Assembly (NCBI RefSeq): GCF_964355755.1
Contig: NC_092671.1
Coordinates: forward strand, 4,030,001-4,094,000
Source of the DNA: Antedon mediterranea
Lineage: Eukaryota > Animalia > Echinodermata
DNA length: 64,000 bases
Direction: 5' to 3'
The notes beneath the pieces were generated by a model. That model ran no database searches and was not told the DNA's origin. It was given only the letters and a program-made list of their open reading frames with translations. This document shows positions 58,701 to 64,000 of this stretch, one piece after another; the stretch's first letter is position 1, and each line of letters starts with the position of its first letter. The translations under genes and the position numbers were made by a program.

Positions 58701-60301
58701 TACTGAAGCTATATCTTGTTTTAATCTATGTCTAAGCAAAATAGTGTGCCATTCACCTAGTTCCATCCAATTTGCCAATCAAAATAGAGACAACTTTAGG
58801 TTTGGGTTAATTATTAAAGTTATTACTATTTTTATAGGAACAAGCCAGGATTGCAAAATTAGGATTAGAATTGAAGTTAATGACATCAGAACTAGACGTG
58901 GAAACAGATAAGTGGGAGGATGCGGAGAATGATATTTTAAAGCGAGCTAAGAACATGTCTAGTATGGCGTACTCAATGTATTTATTCACAAGAGGAGAAG
59001 GTCCATTAAAAACAACCCAGGATTTATTTAAGCAAGCGGAGGTAAGAGGTCAAATAGAGGTAAAATAATTATGGTAAAGACAGCTAATACACAAGCAAAA
59101 GTTATATAAACAATTTGCTCTCAAACCACAATTTAAAGATGTTTTATTGTGGTAAATAGCTAAAGCATCTCTGTATAGTAAATGAGACCAATTCATTTCT
59201 TACCATTTTAATAAACATTTCTTCCTTCTCTCATCAGTATTTTGCGGAGGAAGGTAATAAACTGTTTAGAGTTCTGAAAGATTTCAACAGCATGATACCA
59301 GAAGGTGGTCTGCTACCAGATCAGCTTGTACACCATCTACAGAGTTTACCATCGCTATGCCAACAGCTCCATTATACAACTAAGTCACCGTCACTTGGTA
59401 AAATACAGACATTTGCTAAGGTTTGTTGAAATGTTAGCTGCTTCGTACAATTATTGAAATTGACGATTGATAATTTTAGCAATAAGTCATAATCTATTAA
59501 ATTAAAGTTAAAAGTAATCATGTTGTTAATGTTACTACAGATAAGAAAAAAGTTGAGTTGTAAGAAATCACTAGATTAATCCTAATAGGATGACAACATA
59601 TGATTAACTAAACTTAGGGCCACAGCCACCATATAATTGATAAGGTTTCAACCTGACCCCTTTTTCACAGAGGCCTTTTTAAAACCCAGCACAGAGATTG
59701 TTATCTTTTCTTGTGACCACCTCACCACATTATTTCTTGTGGCTACAGCACTGTAACTAAATACAATCAGCAAAAGCATGGATCACAAACCCTGACCATT
59801 TGAAAGAGGGTTGAACAACAGAAACTTGTTCTATGATGTCATGAGGTGTTTAGATTATTAATTATAATCTCATACTTATTCTAGGTGAATGGGAGTATTC
59901 AAGAGACCAAGAACTTGTTAGCATCTATCAGCCAAATGCTTCCACTGTGCAATACTCTAGTAGTTAAAGTAAGTGAAGATTTTAACAAACTAGTGGGTAC
60001 CCTGGCTTTCACAATATTTTTGAACAAATCATATTTTAGGTCCTTTTTTTATAAATATATTATATTTAATTAATTTTTGTCAATCTGATTAAATAATTAA
60101 AATATGTTGTAATTTCAGTACAATATCAGGACTCCTCATTCTACCCATCCCATATGGAGGCACGGCGGTCCAGTAATGGAGACAAGGAGTAACGGCGACG
60201 ATTCAGACTCTGCAGCTAGTGTCCTTAGTACGAAGTCAGATGGCAGTCTTCTTCGCAATGTTAAGACCATCGCCAACATCGATGCGTTTGATCGCATATG
60301 A
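31783..60301 (+). CDS. CTNNAL1: Alpha-catulin (catenin alpha-like 1, vinculin family), 759 aa, 16 exons
   Basis: Exons 31783-31881, 44619-44808, 45387-45682, 47210-47299, 49378-49545, 52328-52531, 52685-52771, 53662-53820, 54092-54184, 55649-55799, 57280-57317, 58596-58646, 58838-59041, 59238-59420, 59885-59968, 60119-60301 join in frame (2280 nt). Motifs LEIKTKSIEQTLVPLVTQITTLVNHK, AARGLLSAVTKVLLLADRVVIKQI, DFTDSAYT-HE-RERIL, YLSLPRP and NMSSMAYSMYLFTRGEGPLKT fit alpha-catulin rather than alpha-catenin or vinculin. Confidence 0.93.
32492..32545. repeat. 27-bp tandem duplication
   Basis: CACTGGCTAAACCCAGTGGCCCTGGA twice. Confidence 0.85.
32944..33084. mobile_element. MITE family A
   Basis: Both TIRs present, TTA/TTA target duplication. 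Confidence 0.85.
33798..33999. mobile_element. Small TIR element (CAGG...CCTG termini)
   Basis: CAGGCCTTGTCTTTTTAA ... TTAAAAGACCAGGCCTG inverted termini; flanks GTACAA/GTACAG; superfamily uncertain. Confidence 0.55.
34466..34608. mobile_element. MITE family A with a 5-bp CTGTA insertion in the left TIR
   Basis: TAA/TAA target duplication; left TIR reads GTCTA-CTGTA-CATTATC. Confidence 0.85.
35461..36140 (-). mobile_element. Helentron-associated interspersed element (HINE/DINE-1-like)
   Basis: On minus strand: 5' TTACCTCCGCCAAGGAGGT (subterminal repeat plus short stem), (GTTT)n microsatellite, 3' GGCGGAGGTATGCACTCTCGGAGTGGC stem-loop, ending CTAGTTTT. Confidence 0.7.
38212..38357. mobile_element. 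MITE family A with a 5-bp CAGTA insertion in the right TIR
   Basis: TTA/TTA target duplication; right TIR reads GATAGTGTA-CAGTA-GACAGAGCT. Confidence 0.85.
39603..39900 (+). mobile_element. Second copy of the Deu-like SINE
   Basis: Colinear with 61923-62235 (GGAACCGTAATTA, GTCTTCTCGGATAAAGGACTATAAA, CTGGGGCCCTCT, CTTTGACTGAAGAGGTC). Confidence 0.75.
41435..41916. mobile_element. Two MITE family A copies (41435-41580 and 41753-41916)
   Basis: Both copies have the family TIRs; the second has a TTA/TTA duplication. Confidence 0.8.
42356..42574 (+). mobile_element. tRNA-derived SINE with Meta-like central domain
   Basis: A box TAGTCGAGCAG, B box GGTTCAATTCC, CAGCTGTAAATGAGTACCT...AAGGCG...GAACTGGCCACCCT, ACCTTT-type tail. 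Confidence 0.55.
46498..46647. mobile_element. Tc1/mariner(pogo)-type MITE family C (TA|CAG...CTG|TA); related copies at ~26980-27100, ~37170-37258, 43337-~43520, ~49805-49945, ~56660-56795
   Basis: TA duplication with CAG.../...TTCTACTG termini; internal CTATTAAGGGGACAC / GTGTCCCCTTAATAG motifs shared between copies; the 43337 copy begins TA|CAGTAGAACCTCTATTAAGGGG. Confidence 0.65.
50560..50940. repeat. (CAT)n-derived compound micro/minisatellite
   Basis: Repeated CTGTCACTTTTATCATTATCACATTTAT(CAT)n units; source of the poly-His/Ser/Ile ORFs. Confidence 0.9.
52150..52250. repeat. 24-bp tandem repeat (~4 units) within a SINE head
   Basis: CTAGG(T/A)CAAGATTGAACCTTGTCA units at 52158, 52182, 52206, 52230. 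Confidence 0.85.
52805..52963. mobile_element. MITE family A
   Basis: Near-perfect TIRs, TAA/TAA target duplication. Confidence 0.85.
53473..53583 (-). mobile_element. SINE fragment with CORE-like domain
   Basis: Minus strand: GGTTCGAATCC B box followed by TGTGTCCTATAGGCAAGAAACTTTACTC...CCAGGTGTGCATGGGTATC. Confidence 0.45.
54221..54390. repeat. 34-bp minisatellite, 5 units
   Basis: AGTCCATGCAGAATC(G/A)ATTTGACCCATCCGTAGA units at 54221, 54255, 54289, 54323, 54357. Confidence 0.95.
57575..58430. repeat. Complex minisatellite: 21-bp core with 27-bp and 92-bp derived units
   Basis: Core CTCCTCTTGTGAGCTCTTGCA; 27-bp variant from 57721 (x3); 92-bp unit at 58134, 58226, 58318. Confidence 0.9.
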
Positions 60302-60656
60302 CATTACGACAGCTGCTAGCGTAATTGGTGGTACAGTATCATCCTTCATTTGCGTACACTTTTGTCCCGACAAAATTTGTGTTTTTCGAGGAAAGTCCCA
60401 GTGAATACAACATTCTGACCTCTAGGACTTTTATTTAGAAAATAACAATTTCAGATGTTATGGCAGTCGCAATATAGTACATTATTTTAGCAACAATGTT
60501 ACACATGTATGTAAATGAAGTGTTTGTAATTGAGGGATGTTACTGTACTCAACACTTTAAAATATGTTCAATAAAAACCAGTGTTTATTTAATGATGTAA
60601 TGACACCAGTTACGCTAGCACATACATGTGTAGTTTTAATGTATGTATTAGTGCGT

Positions 60657-60730
60657 GTTCACATGTGTGCCAATTCATGCATGTTCACATGTGTGCCAAT
60701 TCATGCATGTTCACATGTGTGCCGATTCAT
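60657..60730. repeat. 26-bp tandem repeat (~3 units) downstream of the catulin stop codon
   Basis: GTTCACATGTGTGCCAATTCATGCAT at 60657, 60683, 60709. Confidence 0.9.
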
Positions 60731-61900
60731 ACGTAGACACGGATTAGCATACACCAGGCGTATCTCGTCACATAGTGAAAAGTACCAAAACAGTTCTAGG
60801 CCAGTTGCTTGTTGCTAAATATAGCTTATCAAAGCTTTTACTTACATCTGACATTAGTCACCTGTCTTTGCTTTAGTTAAGCAAGTAACATGCATAGTGT
60901 GAACATACTCAACATTAAACAAACATGACCATATAGGAAACCAATGATAAAATATTAGCAAACATTGTTATCATATAAACGAATGAAACCAAATGAAATA
61001 GGACCATTATAGTTAGCTAGCTGTCATACCTGCTATGTAACTTCCAGTGTAGGCAATTAGAATAGGTCATAGGTTATAGGTCAAACCTCTAGGTGTGCCA
61101 GTATGAATACCAATTATGTGTACTTAATTTATTTGTATTAAAGTTTTTCAGGATATGGAGCTTATCTCTAAGGACAATGAACGACATTTTTATAATGGAA
61201 TCAAAATTCATGTACTTATTCCTAATATGGACCTTGAAATAGATGTTATATTCCAATAAAAGTTAGTAGGTTTATTTATAACTATGAATGTTTAAACATA
61301 TGTGGCAGGGAGCATTAATCATGTCGGCAATGATTTAAATTCAATCAATTTATTCGACCAATAAATATATCAATTCAAGCACAATGGTTTAAAAAAAAAA
61401 ATTTGATTAGTAAAGTAGTGTGAATTTTAATAAAGTTTAACATAATATTGTAAGTAGCCTCATACATAGCAACTTGGGGGGTTAAACCACTTTTTCAGAA
61501 TTATTTATGATTATCTTTCTTTCTTTCAAATATAGCTTTTTCATATAAAAATCTATTAATTTCACAGTACATTTCTTGATTAACTATATAAAAATATTAA
61601 TTTGTTAGTATATTAAATGTAATATATTCATATTAATTTCACAGTTATCCTATATTAAAATGTTTGCATTCAAATCTCTGAAACTGGACAAGAACGGGGT
61701 GGGGGCATGTCAGTAATATTTAGTATTCTAGTTTTCAAGGTTTTGGTTGTACACCTTTCAGGGTTCATACATGTTATGTTTTACTAGTAAAATTCTTCCT
61801 TTCATTAAAAAGTTAAAATTTTAATTAATTGGACACCATTTTATACAATTATGTTCCTGTGACATCAATATTATGTAAAACATTTAAAAAGTTTTTAGTT

Positions 61901-62235
61901 GTGAGTTGAGTGGCCGTTAGCAGTGAGTTGAGTGGCTGTGCGGTTAAGACAGTGGAACCGTAATTACATAGCCATAAAATCGGCAGGGGTTCGAGGCTCA
62001 CTCACTCCATGGTTCTGGTGGTAGAACGAGTCTTCTCGGATAAGGACTATAAACCATAGGTCCAGTGTACACAACTAGCTCGTGTGCACTTTAAAGAACC
62101 TAGTACATCTTTCGAGACGAGTAGGGGGTTACCCCGGTGTATTAGTACATCACAGCCACTGATCACCAACTGGGCCCTCTGGGAGACCAGTCTTTGACTG
62201 AAGAGGTCGCCCAGTATAAATATAAAACAAAACAA
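61901..62235 (+). mobile_element. tRNA-derived SINE with Deu/Nin-like central domain (head partly duplicated)
   Basis: A box TGGCTGTGCGG, B box GGTTCGAGGC, core TCGGATAAGGACTATAAACC..GGTCC...TTAAAGAACC...GAGTAGGGGGTTACCCCGGTGT resembling the AmnSINE1/DeuSINE core as I recall it, A-rich tail; sister copies at 39603-39900 and ~28750-28895. Confidence 0.75.
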
Positions 62236-63627
62236 ATCATGAAAAATCACAGATCCGATACTAACTATTGAGAAAATGAATGAACTCGTGTTTTTTTTTT
62301 TATAAAATATGATATAATACTAATTGATTCATTTACATTTTGTAACATTTGTGTATCATGTTCACATTAATTCAACAGTTAAGCTATAACAAACTTTAGT
62401 ATTAACATTTGTATATGTAAGATTTAAAATATTGTGTGTTAATTGTTATCACATTCACATATAAGTCTTTCAGAACTTTCATAACTGTTCATTTTGTGTT
62501 GTTAAAGTGTAAATCTTTATTTTTAGCACAAAACATATGTAAGTCACAAAATAGTATTCATTTTTATAAATTGATCTTTTTGCTCTTTTTAATCTGGACA
62601 TCATTGTTGTGCTACATAACACTGGTTTAGTAGAATGCATATGTTATAAGTAGTGTGAAATAATTTAGGATTCAGTAACCATAAAAAAAAAATGCAATAT
62701 TACAGAGGTGATTATGTAAAATTAAAACCTTTCAAAAATGTCTAAAATATTTATTTAACTTTGTGAGTTTATAAATGCAAAAATGATATTGACTATTAAA
62801 ACTAGTAATTATTAAAATCAAGATTTTTATAATTTGATATGTGAAATCTACTATATTTTTTATTCAGAATTAAGAGACAGAGTATCCTGTAAGTAGGCCA
62901 AACACGTTTTTGAATTGTAATGGATTGTGGGTAGGGCAGGCGGCCAGGAATTCATTTTTTTAATTAATTATATTAAAACAAGGGAGAGAAAACACATTAA
63001 ATCAACTTTTAATTATTATCTTTAATCATATTATTTGTATGGTATTGAGTCTTTATGGAGGCTGGCTCAAAACCAAGGTTTTCCTAACCCAATCCATGGA
63101 TTGATATAGTATGTCAGGAAGTGGGTAAACATGGAAGGAACCTAATTTTTAAAATAGATATCAAATAATTCATAATTTAATTTTTTGCTGTCGAAAAATC
63201 TACCTTTGATTCTCACACCTCTATGGGTTGATATTCCACTCTCATACCAGAGCTTGTTCGTTAACAATTGTTATAAATCTGTATATTTTGTATTAAAGCT
63301 TATGTATATTACTCATAACACTAGACAAACAATAGCTAATAAATGTATAAACAATTAATGTTTATTTACTAATTGTCATAATAGCAGTTTGTCAATCACT
63401 GCTACCATAATACTTGTTCTCTGTATAGCATTTAATAAATAGATTGTAAAGTGAATATCACAAAATGTATTTTTGTTTGAATTTATATATATATAGTATA
63501 AGGATTTTTTTCTGGGCCCTGCTTCCCTTAAGCTGTGAGGCCCCTTGAGTTTAACCAGTGAGAAGTCATAGCTGAGAAGTTCCCTGAATTTTTTATTTTG
63601 CAATCGAAATTGGAATGACCACTTTTA

Positions 63628-63700
63628 GCCCAACTCGGACAGCATCTTAAACGAATCGTTTTGTTTGGTCAGGACTCGTTGGGCCGCTGTCGAGTTGGGC
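63628..63700. mobile_element. Miniature TIR element with TTA duplication
   Basis: TTA|GCCCAACTCGGACAGC ... GCTGTCGAGTTGGGC|TTA. Confidence 0.55.
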
Positions 63701-64000
63701 TTAAATATTTGTTTGAAATCATTTCACACATAAGTTGTATTGATGTTGTTGTTTATATTTTGTTTTCAGTTCTTTTGTGCTTAACAATCACAACCGTTCG
63801 CTTTTTTTTTCTCCTTTTTTTTTTTAGATCTTTTGAATTTATGTAGTTAATTAGTATACAATTACATAATCTATTTCTTTTGAAAGACATTTAATCATAA
63901 TATTTAAAGCACACATGAGGAAAAAATACAATAATTAGATTAGTTTAAATTGTTCAACAATTGGTAATATCAAATTTATAAAAAGTGCAGTACAGTACTG

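Overview
AT-rich, intron-rich animal genomic DNA, probably an invertebrate deuterostome (inferred from gene content and a Deu-domain SINE; not provable here). Four spliced protein-coding genes were reconstructed by hand with consistent GT-AG phases: the last three coding exons of Wnt10 (+, 1-9234), a 33-exon WDR87-like WD40 gene (+, 12181-26430, ~1676 aa) preceded by two RFX X-box motifs, FAM133 (-, 28204-31427, 157 aa), and alpha-catulin/CTNNAL1 (+, 31783-60301, 759 aa), which is head-to-head with FAM133. Introns carry Harbinger-, Tc1/pogo- and Kolobok-type non-autonomous elements, a Helentron-associated element, several tRNA-derived SINEs and minisatellites. The most unusual signal is a two-domain pattern. 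The CpG-depleted FAM133/catulin gene bodies are strewn with TA-CAG-TA/TA-CTG-TA heptamers, several visibly 5-bp insertions into repeat consensus (Tc1/mariner-type excision footprints). The CpG-retaining domain instead carries a strongly over-represented TAGGCCTA palindrome. No prokaryotic features or CRISPR arrays were found. Most ORF-track entries are exon fragments or noise.
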